Below the pieces are notes generated by a model. That model was given only the letters and a program-made list of their open reading frames with translations, was not told where the DNA came from and searched no databases. The position numbers and the translations under genes are program-made. A stretch of DNA of 64,000 nt from Alphaproteobacteria bacterium (lineage in GTDB: Bacteria > Pseudomonadota > Alphaproteobacteria > Bin95), in NCBI GenBank assembly GCA_964291285.2, contig OZ219788.1, forward strand, positions 640,001-704,000, in the 5' to 3' direction. This document shows, one piece after another, positions 28,801-36,329 of the stretch (its first letter is position 1; each line of letters starts with the position of its first letter).

Positions 28801-29448
28801 GCTGACGACGATGCGGTCGCCCCCCGGTCCGGCGAACGGGTTCCCGGCGCGGGCGTCGGTGCCGCGCACGATGCGGAAGGGGAGGCGGAACAGCATGCGC
28901 ATCTCGCGTTCCCAGTTGCCGACCAGCCCGGCCGGCGCCGCCACAAGCACACGGGTCACCAGCCGTCGCACGAGCATCTCGCGGAGATACAGCCCCGTCA
29001 TGATCGTCTTTCCGGCGCCGGCGTCGTCGGCAAGGAGAAACCGCAGCGGCGACTGGCCGATCATGTGCTCGTAGACGGCGATACGCTGGTGCGGCAACGG
29101 GTCGATCGAGGATATCTCGCTGGCGAAAGCCGGGTTGGACAGGTGGCCGTAGGCGAGCCGCGTCGCCGCCGCAACGGCAGCCACCGCTGCCGGCTCGGAG
29201 CCAAAGTCGAGTGTTGGCGTCGCCGAAGCGGCGGGCGGCTCGGCCGGCCGGGTCAAGTGCCGGACCTCGGCTTCCAGATCGACGATCCCGCGCCACGCCA
29301 GGCGCCCGGGCCTGGACTGGCTGTTCTCCCAGCGGTTCACTGTCGCGAACGACACGCCGACGCGCTCCGCCATCTGCGCCTGCGTGAGCCCCAACCGCCC
29401 ACGCAAGTCCTTGACCCGGAGTGGATAGTCTTCCGGAATGTCGCCCAT
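25894..29448 (-). CDS. XRE-HTH + SNF2 helicase + DUF3883 nuclease fusion (system 1)
   Basis: LRGRLGLTQAQMAERVGVSFATVNRWEN (XRE); LADDAGAGKT, DEAHK, LTATPH, EGINLQ, QRMGRIHRYGQ; C-terminal GFDLRS...IEVKG...ENEW. Confidence 0.9.
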   Translation of the reverse strand: MGDIPEDYPLRVKDLRGRLGLTQAQMAERVGVSFATVNRWENSQSRPGRLAWRGIVDLEAEVRHLTRPAEPPAASATPTLDFGSEPAAVAAVAAATRLAYGHLSNPAFASEISSIDPLPHQRIAVYEHMIGQSPLRFLLADDAGAGKTIMTGLYLREMLVRRLVTRVLVAAPAGLVGNWEREMRMLFRLPFRIVRGTDARAGNPFAGPGGDRIVVSIDTLVGERMFGRLREAVESGAARPYDLVVFDEAHKLAAAREQDFRVRKTDRYRLAEALAGLPVDCARWRLGWSAPNILLLTATPHMGKDFPYYCLWRLLAPDALATFEAFADFPEAQRRRHFIRRTKEEMVHADGRPLYPQRKCDTLSYALNPAEQELYDATTQYIEETYNKARILNRSAARLAMSVFQRRLASSTYAVMRSFERRLARLDEAVALVRAGRSEELERGQTRLGKTPDFFESRTADEEADDSGERERHEEFEEAALGGFAALTLTQLREERAEVEVLLFQARRLAEAGEDSKFEKLRAVMGDPAFAREKLIVFTEHRDTAAFLVRRLEGLGFAGRVALVHGGLDYRAREAQVELFRRPAERGGASYLVATDAAGEGINLQFCWLMVNYDLPWNPARLEQRMGRIHRYGQTRDPVVIVNLVAGETREGRVLKVLLDKLEAIRKELRSDKVFDVVGHLFENLPLKDYLEQAVTEAGARAAVEAFEANLTPERAVAIEARERGLYGSGEVRARLPELNATMEREQYRRLLPGHVRHFVETAAPLIDLRLEGDAGGVFDFVPQRPRAADDMRAAMDVYPEAMRGRLTFQRPESGGDTIWMHPGEPVFECFHAALLARHGGEALRGAIFVDPHAEEPYLFHLARVSVVRRGRNRVETVEIRPVGLRQESDGAVSPCPPEHLLLLRGIGGVAPGSIPLARAAHRLTENARASLKETALRMAAKHRVRLEEALPERRRWTARGYDYKTAELMTRRRSMSGEARQGDSQAQAELAIVKEEQNRLVAEQRCHLAALEAEPASIGPGEAAMIAHALVLPTGDPEERQRHDAEVEAIAMAHARAHEEAAGASVRDVSRPALARRAGLGDWPGFDLRSLRPAGAGGPAEDRAIEVKGRAGSGAVEVSENEWAAACNLRERYWLYVVFDCAGPRPRLVRVRDPFGRLLARTKGGVVISASEILSASTDERVA

Positions 29449-29502
29449 TCCCGGTCGCCCGTCGTTTCTCGATTACATGGGGCGCAAGGATTAGACCATC
29501 TC

Positions 29503-29530
29503 GTGCGACATAGCAAATGCTATATCGCAC
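29503..29530. promoter_or_regulatory. 28-bp palindrome, candidate operator for the XRE-helicase operon
   Basis: GTGCGACATAGCA-AA-TGCTATATCGCAC; 12 of 13 arm pairs match; 55-82 nt upstream of the ATG at 29448. Confidence 0.65.
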
Positions 29531-30031
29531 TTTCCATGTCCCGATCATGCCGAGCGAAGAGACGGCCCTTGCCATAGGAGCGCTGCGGCAGTCCCAATTC
29601 CGACAGAGGTACCCAACCTTCCGCCAATCCGCCGTTCATACGGCCCGGTTCGGCTCAGGGAGCCGTTCGTCGGCCCTGTCGGCAGCGCAGGCCTGAGCGG
29701 CGCCGGGAATCCGGCTGTTGCCGGTCGTTCGAGCGTCCGCGCAGGGCTTCCGCCTCGCGTGACAACTCCTCCACAGCACGGCCAGCCCGCGGGGGGCAAG
29801 ATGCCCGGGATGAATGCTCCAGAGACACATGTCCGCATTCTCAATGCTGGAGGGTCGCCGGGCAACACGAGCCTTATGAGACCCGCGGGTTGCCTTCCCC
29901 GCACAGCTTTCCGCGACGATGCGGTCTTCGTGATGACATAGTGTTGATACGTTTCTGGAAATATCCTGTGTTCTCACTGTAATATATTGTAATTACTGTA
30001 TTAATTCAGCCCATTATCCGTCATGCCATTC

Positions 30032-30147
30032 AAATCAAACGCTTCAAACGCATCGCCCTGCGCTGCGAAAAGACCGCCACAAACTTCAGCTCCTTCGTCG
30101 CACTCGCCGCTGCCTTCATCTTGATCAAATCCGTCCACAGGACCTAA
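30032..30147 (+). pseudogene. IS5-family (IS427-like) transposase 3' remnant with terminal sequence
   Basis: IKRFKRIALRCEKTATNFSSFVALAAAFILIKSVHRT*, ending GTCCACAGGACC-TA. Confidence 0.75.
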
Positions 30148-30159
30148 AAATTTTCCCTG
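30144..30159 (+). mobile_element. Solo terminal IR of the ISAs1 element
   Basis: CTAAAAATTTTCCCTG is the exact reverse complement of 537-552 (16/16). Confidence 0.7.
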
Positions 30160-30177
30160 GGGCCGGAATTTCATATG

Positions 30178-30205
30178 TTGACTTCGCCGCCCCCCCCCGT
30201 ATTTG
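30178..30205 (+). promoter_or_regulatory. Putative sigma70 promoter of RTX gene 1 with C9 tract in spacer
   Basis: TTGACT-TCGCCG-C9-G-TATTTG, ~40 nt before the ATG at 30245. Confidence 0.45.
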
Positions 30206-30244
30206 GGGACGACATTGTTCATCTGACGAGCGGAGATATCCGAG

Positions 30245-32464
30245 ATGGCGACGAAACCCATGGAGTATTTTGTTGACAGCGAGGAGACGCTGGATCTGTC
30301 CCGCACTACCGGGGTGAACCACATCTCGCGCGCGGAGGGGCACTACGGCTCGATGCACGTCCTGGGCGGGCAGGGCCACGATTCCTTCACAGGGAACTGG
30401 GGCGACGACTACTTCAAGGATGCCGGCGGCGGCAGCCTCGCGAAAGGCGGCGAGGGGCAGGACTATCTCGAAGGCGGCTACGGCATGAATGTCCTCCATG
30501 GCGGCCGGGGCAGCGACACCCTGGTCGGGAACCGGGAGGACGCGTTCTCCGACCGTCTCTACGGCGGCGCCGACAGCGACTATCTGATTGCAGGCCGGGT
30601 CAAGGACAGCAGCCGGGTGGACGACGGCACAGGCGCGCTCACCGGCACAACGAGGGGCAGGGGTCCGCAGAGCGACCAGGAGGTCGAAAACCCGCGGGGG
30701 AACATCCTCAACGGCGGCACGGGGTTGGACAAATTCATCCTGAACCCCGACAGCTACGTCTACATTGAGGACTACGAGCGTCCGTGGGGATCGAACAACA
30801 CCAGGGACTCCATCATTGTGACCGGTCTCGGGGACGGACCGAGGCCCACGATCGTTCACCACCCCGATGGCGTCTACGGGAATGCCCACTTCCGGATCAT
30901 GCTGGGCGACAAGGTGCTCGCCGAGCTCAACTACGGGGTGGATGTCGATCCCGAGGACCCGTATGCCGTCGATGCCGCGATCGACTGGATCGGCCAGAGC
31001 CTCTCGCCGCAGCGCGGGGAGTGGGTCCAGGGTACGCAGGCGGGCGATAACCTTTCGGGCAGCGCCTTCGAAGACAAGATCTATGGCCATGGCGGCGATG
31101 ACCGGATCGACGGCGGCGCGGGCACTGATCATATTGATGGCGGCCGCGGCAACGACATCCTCCGCGGCGGGGACGGTTACGACTTAATGCTTGGTGGTCG
31201 CGGCAACGACACGCTTTACGGCGGTGCGGACGATGACGCGCTTGTTGGCGCTGGCGGCAACGACCTGCTCTACGGCGGCGCCGGCGAGGATGAGCTCATC
31301 GGCGGCGACGGCCACGACCGGCTTGACGGCGGTGCGGGCCAGGACAAGCTCTATGGCGACAGTGGCCGGGACATCTTCGTCATCAGCACGACCGACGAGG
31401 CTCCCGACATCATCGCGGACTTCAATGTGGCTGAGGACTATGTCCGGCTGCCGTTCGGTCTCGCATGGGACGATGTGCGGTTCGAGGCGGGCACCCTCGA
31501 CGCCCCGCTGTGGGGCATCGAAGGCGAGAAGGCGCATTTCCTCGTCACCGGTACAGGGGAGGCGAAGAAACAGCTTGCCGCGTTCCAGGGTCTCGACGAG
31601 AACGACCTGTCGAAGGTCGAGTTCATCTGGGACTTCGATCCGACCGAGGAACGGCCGGATCCGGATGCCGGGAAGACGATCACGGGCACGAACAGGAAGG
31701 ACCTGCTCGTCGGCGGCAGCGGTAACGACACCATCAATGGCAAGGGCGCGTTTGACGTGCTCTACGGCCGCGGCGGCGACGACACGCTGTATGGCGGCAA
31801 TGGCAAGGACACGCTCCATGGCGGCAGCGGCAACGACCTCCTGTTCGGGGATGGCAACAACGACATCCTCCACGGCGGCGCTGGCCGCGACACGCTGAAC
31901 GGCGGCAACAGCGCCGACCGGCTATACGGCGAAGACGGCGACGACACGCTCAATGGCGGCAATGGCGACGACATGCTGTATGGCGGCGCCGGCAGCGACA
32001 TGCTGGACGGCGGGGACGGCAACGACCGCCTGGAAGGCGGCGAGGGCGGTCTCGATGTGCTGGCCGGCGGCGCGGGCGACGACCGGCTGTTCGGCAACGG
32101 CGGCAACGACCGTCTGGAGGGCGGCGAGGGCTCCGACCGTCTGCGTGGCGGCGAGGGCGCCGACGAGTTCCTGTTCCGCCGGGGCGACGGTGTGGATGTC
32201 ATCACCGACTTCTCGGTCGAGGATAATGACACGATCATCTTCCTGGCGCAGACCGAGGCGCAGGCGATGGCCGGAAACGGGGAGAAGTTCCTTGATGTTT
32301 CCGACCTGAAGATCGTCGACGACTACGATGCGGGCGGCGTCAGGATCACGTCGAAGAGGTTCGACAACGAGATCGTCCTCGAGGGCGTGACGTTCGAGCA
32401 GCTGTCGGTCGACAGCTTCAGCTTCGTGACGGTGGACGATTACAAAGATCTCCTGATGGGCTGA
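30245..32464 (+). CDS. RTX (hemolysin-type Ca2+-binding repeat) protein 1, T1SS substrate
   Basis: Many GGxGxDxLx nonapeptides; C-terminal FLFRRGDGVDVITDF...LEGV cap; no signal peptide. Confidence 0.9.
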   Translation: MATKPMEYFVDSEETLDLSRTTGVNHISRAEGHYGSMHVLGGQGHDSFTGNWGDDYFKDAGGGSLAKGGEGQDYLEGGYGMNVLHGGRGSDTLVGNREDAFSDRLYGGADSDYLIAGRVKDSSRVDDGTGALTGTTRGRGPQSDQEVENPRGNILNGGTGLDKFILNPDSYVYIEDYERPWGSNNTRDSIIVTGLGDGPRPTIVHHPDGVYGNAHFRIMLGDKVLAELNYGVDVDPEDPYAVDAAIDWIGQSLSPQRGEWVQGTQAGDNLSGSAFEDKIYGHGGDDRIDGGAGTDHIDGGRGNDILRGGDGYDLMLGGRGNDTLYGGADDDALVGAGGNDLLYGGAGEDELIGGDGHDRLDGGAGQDKLYGDSGRDIFVISTTDEAPDIIADFNVAEDYVRLPFGLAWDDVRFEAGTLDAPLWGIEGEKAHFLVTGTGEAKKQLAAFQGLDENDLSKVEFIWDFDPTEERPDPDAGKTITGTNRKDLLVGGSGNDTINGKGAFDVLYGRGGDDTLYGGNGKDTLHGGSGNDLLFGDGNNDILHGGAGRDTLNGGNSADRLYGEDGDDTLNGGNGDDMLYGGAGSDMLDGGDGNDRLEGGEGGLDVLAGGAGDDRLFGNGGNDRLEGGEGSDRLRGGEGADEFLFRRGDGVDVITDFSVEDNDTIIFLAQTEAQAMAGNGEKFLDVSDLKIVDDYDAGGVRITSKRFDNEIVLEGVTFEQLSVDSFSFVTVDDYKDLLMG

Positions 32465-32749
32465 GCCGACCGGCCAGCCGGAAGACTGCGGCCGCTCCTC
32501 GGCGAGGGGCGGCCGCAGCCGCGATTACCGCAATCAGGGCAGGGGGCAACCGGCGCCAACCGGTGTGCCGGCAGACCGCAAGCCCGGTGGACGGGCCGCC
32601 AGGGCGATGCGGGAGCGGGCGGTTTCGTGCGGGCCATGTCCTTGTCGCGGGAGCCGTTTCTGTGGCATCTGCTTGCACGGGGCGCGCCGCTGCCGGGTAG
32701 CCGGCGCGGGCGGTGACACGCGGCGGTGCGGGGGGCAACTTTCATCATT

Positions 32750-34540
32750 ATGCACACCGGACGCCCTGAGCCCTCCTCGCGGTCGGGATTGCAGCCCCGG
32801 GCGGCGCTTTTCCGTTATCGCGGCGCTCTGCTTGTGGTGGTGATGCTGAGCGCGGTGGTGAACCTGCTGATGCTCACCGGTCCGCTTTTCATGCTGCAGA
32901 TCTACGACCGCGTCCTGACCAGCCGGTCGGAGGCGACGCTTGTGATGCTGCTTGCGATCGTGGTGTATCTGTATGGGTTGAAGGGCCTTCTCGACGGTCT
33001 TCGCGGGCGCATTCTGTCGCGGGTCGGGGCGGGGTTTCAGGATGCGCTTGACGAGCGGGTGTTCGATGCCGCCGGGCGGTCGGCGCGCGACCCGTCCCGG
33101 CGCGGCGATCCGGGGCAGGCGCTGCAGCATCTGGAGACGGTGCGCGCGTTTCTGGCGTCTCCGGCGCCCGGGGCGGTCATGGACCTGCCGTGGACGCCGT
33201 TCTTTGTAGCGGTCATCTTCATCTTCCACCCGCTTCTGGGCTGGCTTTCGGTTGCGGGCGGCGTGGTTCTGGTGGTGCTTGCGCTGGCGAACCGTTGGGC
33301 GACGCGCAAGCCGCAGGACCAGGCAGCCGCGCTCTCTGCGGAGGCGGCGCGGCGGGCCGAGGATGTCCGGCGCGAGCTGGAGACGGTGACGGGCCTCGGC
33401 ATGGCGGGGCCGCTCCGGTCGCGCTGGAAGGAGTTGCGCGGGGCGGCTCTGGACCGGTCGATGCGGGCGTCGGACGCGGGCGGCGGGTATACGGCGGCGA
33501 GCCGGGCGTTCCGTCTTCTGCTGCAGTCGGGGATGCTGGGTCTCGGCGCCTGGCTGGTTCTGAGGGGCGAGTTGACGGCGGGGGCGATGATTGCGGCGTC
33601 GATTTTGCTGGGCCGGGCGTTGCAGCCTCTGGAGCAGACGATCGCGCAGTCGGCACTGATCCAGCGGGCGCGGGCTGGCTGGCTGTCGGTGTCGCGGCTT
33701 CTGGCGGAGGTTCCGCCGGAGGTTTCGCCGATGGCGCTGCCGCGTCCTGCGGCGCGTCTTCTGGTGCGCGACCTGACGGTGCTGTCCCCGGCGCGCCGGG
33801 ATGTGCTGCTGCGGGGCGTGGCCTTCGACGTCATGCCGGGCGAGGCGGTGGCGGTTGTGGGTCCGAGCGGTGCGGGCAAGTCGACGCTTGCGAAGGCGGT
33901 TGCCGGTCTGTGGCCGCCGGCGCAGGGCGAGGTCCGGCTTGGCGGGGCGAAACTGTCGGCTTGGGGAGAGGCGCTGTGGCGGGAGCATCTGGGCTACCTG
34001 CCTCAGGATGTGGTCCTGTTTGCGGGCAGCGTGGCGGAGAACATATCGCGTTTCGCCCCCGGTGGGGGCGAGGAGGCGGTGGTGCGGGCGGCGAAGGCGG
34101 CCGGGGCGCATGAGATGATCCTGTCGCTGCCCGACGCATACGACACGATGCTCACGGGCGGCGGCGGCGGTGTGTCGGGCGGGCAGCGCCAGCGCATCGG
34201 GCTTGCGCGGGCGCTTTACGGCGATCCTGTGCTTCTGGTGCTGGACGAGCCGGACGCGGGCCTGGACGACGCCGGCACGCAGGCGCTGAACCATGCGATT
34301 GCCGGGGCGAAGGCGTCGGGGTGTGCGGTCGTAGTGGTGGCGCACCGCCGCGCGATGCTTGCCGAGTGCGCCCGGATCGCGGTGCTGGAGGACGGGCGGC
34401 TGCAGATGTTCGGTCCGGTCGCGGCGGTTATGGCGCGCCTTTCGGGGCCGCAGCCGCGGTTGGCCGTGGAGCGGGGGGAGGGGCCGCCGCGGGCGATCGA
34501 GGACGGCGGCAACCGGGAAGAGGCGGCGGGCGGTGACTGA
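32750..34540 (+). CDS. prtD: Type I secretion ABC transporter, PrtD family
   Basis: NLLMLTGPLFMLQIYDRVLTSRS, MDLPWTP, GPSGAGKST, SGGQRQRIGLARA, LDEP. Confidence 0.9.
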   Translation: MHTGRPEPSSRSGLQPRAALFRYRGALLVVVMLSAVVNLLMLTGPLFMLQIYDRVLTSRSEATLVMLLAIVVYLYGLKGLLDGLRGRILSRVGAGFQDALDERVFDAAGRSARDPSRRGDPGQALQHLETVRAFLASPAPGAVMDLPWTPFFVAVIFIFHPLLGWLSVAGGVVLVVLALANRWATRKPQDQAAALSAEAARRAEDVRRELETVTGLGMAGPLRSRWKELRGAALDRSMRASDAGGGYTAASRAFRLLLQSGMLGLGAWLVLRGELTAGAMIAASILLGRALQPLEQTIAQSALIQRARAGWLSVSRLLAEVPPEVSPMALPRPAARLLVRDLTVLSPARRDVLLRGVAFDVMPGEAVAVVGPSGAGKSTLAKAVAGLWPPAQGEVRLGGAKLSAWGEALWREHLGYLPQDVVLFAGSVAENISRFAPGGGEEAVVRAAKAAGAHEMILSLPDAYDTMLTGGGGGVSGGQRQRIGLARALYGDPVLLVLDEPDAGLDDAGTQALNHAIAGAKASGCAVVVVAHRRAMLAECARIAVLEDGRLQMFGPVAAVMARLSGPQPRLAVERGEGPPRAIEDGGNREEAAGGD

Positions 34541-36101
34541 GGCGGGGCGCCGGGTCTGGCCGGTGGGCGGTCCGGTTCGGTTTGGGCTGGTAATGCTTGG
34601 CGCGGGGTTTGCGGGCGCGCTGGCGTGGGCCTCGGTGGCGGAGATTCACGGTGCGGTGATCGCGTCGGGCAGCATGGAGCTGGAATCGCGGCGCCAGGCG
34701 ATCCAGCATCCGGACGGAGGGATCGTGGCGGCGTTGCCGGTGCGCGACGGGTCGCGTGTCGAGGCGGGGGCGGCGATCCTGGAGCTCGACGCCACCGGGC
34801 TTGCGGCGGAGCGGGCGATTCTGGTGCGTCAGTTGCAGGAGGTGCGGGCGCGCATCGACCGTCTTGCCTCGGAGGCCCGGTCCGGTGACGGGGTCTCGTT
34901 CCGGGACGCGGCGGCAGCCGAAGGGAACCCGGTGCTGGCGGCTTTGCTGGCCGGCGAGCGGCGGCTGTTCGAGAACGGGCGCGAGTCGCTGATGCAGACG
35001 GTTGCGCAGATCGGCGAGCGCAAGGCGCAGACCGCGGCCTTCATCGAAGCGCTGCGGCTGCAGACGGAGGCCGTGCGGGACCAGCTGGCCCTGGTCGGGG
35101 CGGAGGTCCGCGACAAGCAGGGGCTGCTCGAGAAGGACTTGGTTCGCAAGCCGGAGGTATCGCGGCTGCTCCGGGAGGAGGCGCGTCTCAGGGGCGTGCT
35201 CGGAGAACTGGAGGCGGAGACCGCGCGGGGCCGGAGCGCGCTGGCCTCCCACGAGATCGAGCGGCTGCGCCTGCTGGCGGAGCGCCGCGAGCAGGCGCAG
35301 GGCGAGATGCGCACGCTGCAGCCGCGCGAGGCGGAACTCGCCGAGCGCCTCCGGGTGGTGGAGACCCGCCTGTCGCGGCTCGTGCTGCGGGCGCCGATGG
35401 CGGGCGTGGTGCACGGGCTTCGGGTGTTCACCGTGGGCGGGGTGATCCCGGCGGGGACGGAGGTGGCGGCAATCGTGCCGGAAGGGGTGCCGCTGGCGCC
35501 CAGGGTCCGGGTCGAGGCGGCCCGGATCGACGAGGTCCGGGCCGGGCAGGAGGTGACGGTGGTCTTCCCCGCCTTCAATCTCCGCAGCGCGCCGGAGTTC
35601 ACCGGGCGGGTGCGCACGGTGTCGGCCGACGCGCTGGTCGACGAGGCCAGCGGCGCCCGCTACTACACTGCGGAGATCGTCCTGGACGAGGACTCCGAAG
35701 CCGCGGCCCGGGCGCGCGGCATCGTGCCCGGCATGCCGGTCGAGGCCTTCATCCGGACCCGCGCCCGCACGCCCCTCGCCTTCCTGCTCGACCCCTTCAT
35801 CGACTATGTCCGGCACGCCTTCCGCGAGGAGTTAAGCGCCCGGGAGAAGGGGGGCAATGCACGCCGGGACGGGGACGGCGCCGTCAGGCCGCGCACCGCC
35901 TTGCGGGCAGGAGACCGCCGCACGCCGTTCATGACCGGCTTGGCCGGCCATGATACGGCGGACACCACCGGGGCCGGCCTCGCGGCGCACCCGATACCGG
36001 AGCGGGAGGCCCGGAACGCGTGGCTTCGGGCGAATGCGGGAACAGGCCGGCTCTCGAGCATGCAGGATGCGGAACGCTGTTCCGGCAGCTTGCCGCGATA
36101 A
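34533..36101 (+). CDS. prtE: Type I secretion membrane fusion protein, HlyD/PrtE family; natural end probably ~35835
   Basis: IQHPDGGIV, LRAPMAGVV, PGMPVEAFIRT...AFREE. The family normally ends at FREE; here GAG TTA A reads through, one extra T away from a TAA. Confidence 0.85.
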   Translation: MTEAGRRVWPVGGPVRFGLVMLGAGFAGALAWASVAEIHGAVIASGSMELESRRQAIQHPDGGIVAALPVRDGSRVEAGAAILELDATGLAAERAILVRQLQEVRARIDRLASEARSGDGVSFRDAAAAEGNPVLAALLAGERRLFENGRESLMQTVAQIGERKAQTAAFIEALRLQTEAVRDQLALVGAEVRDKQGLLEKDLVRKPEVSRLLREEARLRGVLGELEAETARGRSALASHEIERLRLLAERREQAQGEMRTLQPREAELAERLRVVETRLSRLVLRAPMAGVVHGLRVFTVGGVIPAGTEVAAIVPEGVPLAPRVRVEAARIDEVRAGQEVTVVFPAFNLRSAPEFTGRVRTVSADALVDEASGARYYTAEIVLDEDSEAAARARGIVPGMPVEAFIRTRARTPLAFLLDPFIDYVRHAFREELSAREKGGNARRDGDGAVRPRTALRAGDRRTPFMTGLAGHDTADTTGAGLAAHPIPEREARNAWLRANAGTGRLSSMQDAERCSGSLPR

Positions 36102-36127
36102 AAGTCGCGGCCATGTCCTTCACCCGT

Positions 36128-36246
36128 TTGATGACGCCCCATGGGGCGGATCTTTGGCCGGTCCGTTGCAGGCAATGGCCCGGCCGGATACTCATACTCA
36201 CATCCTTGTGACCGCCGGAACATTGCCCCGGCCGCGGTTATGGGAG
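36128..36246 (+). repeat. ~120-bp inverted repeat, copy 1
   Basis: TTGATGACGCCCCATGGGGCGG...GGATACTCATACTCACATCCTTG...CATTGCCCCGG, near-identical to the reverse complement of 38742-38860. Confidence 0.9.
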
Positions 36247-36329
36247 AGGATTGCTGCACTGAACACCATCGACGCCTCCAAGCGAATATCGAGACGGACG
36301 GAAAATCACACTTCAATCTTACTGGCGCG

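Noticed and set aside
14406-29577. Large + strand ORFs (900, 551, 1101 aa)
   Set aside because: Antisense shadows of well-supported minus-strand genes, typical of high-GC DNA. The same applies to 1071-2972, 6962-8860, 36141-38738, 44390-46810 and 49349-51670.
537-30159. Composite transposon bounded by the two inverted ISAs1 ends
   Set aside because: The 9-bp duplication flanks the single element (528-536/3027-3035); the sequence after 30159 does not match it.
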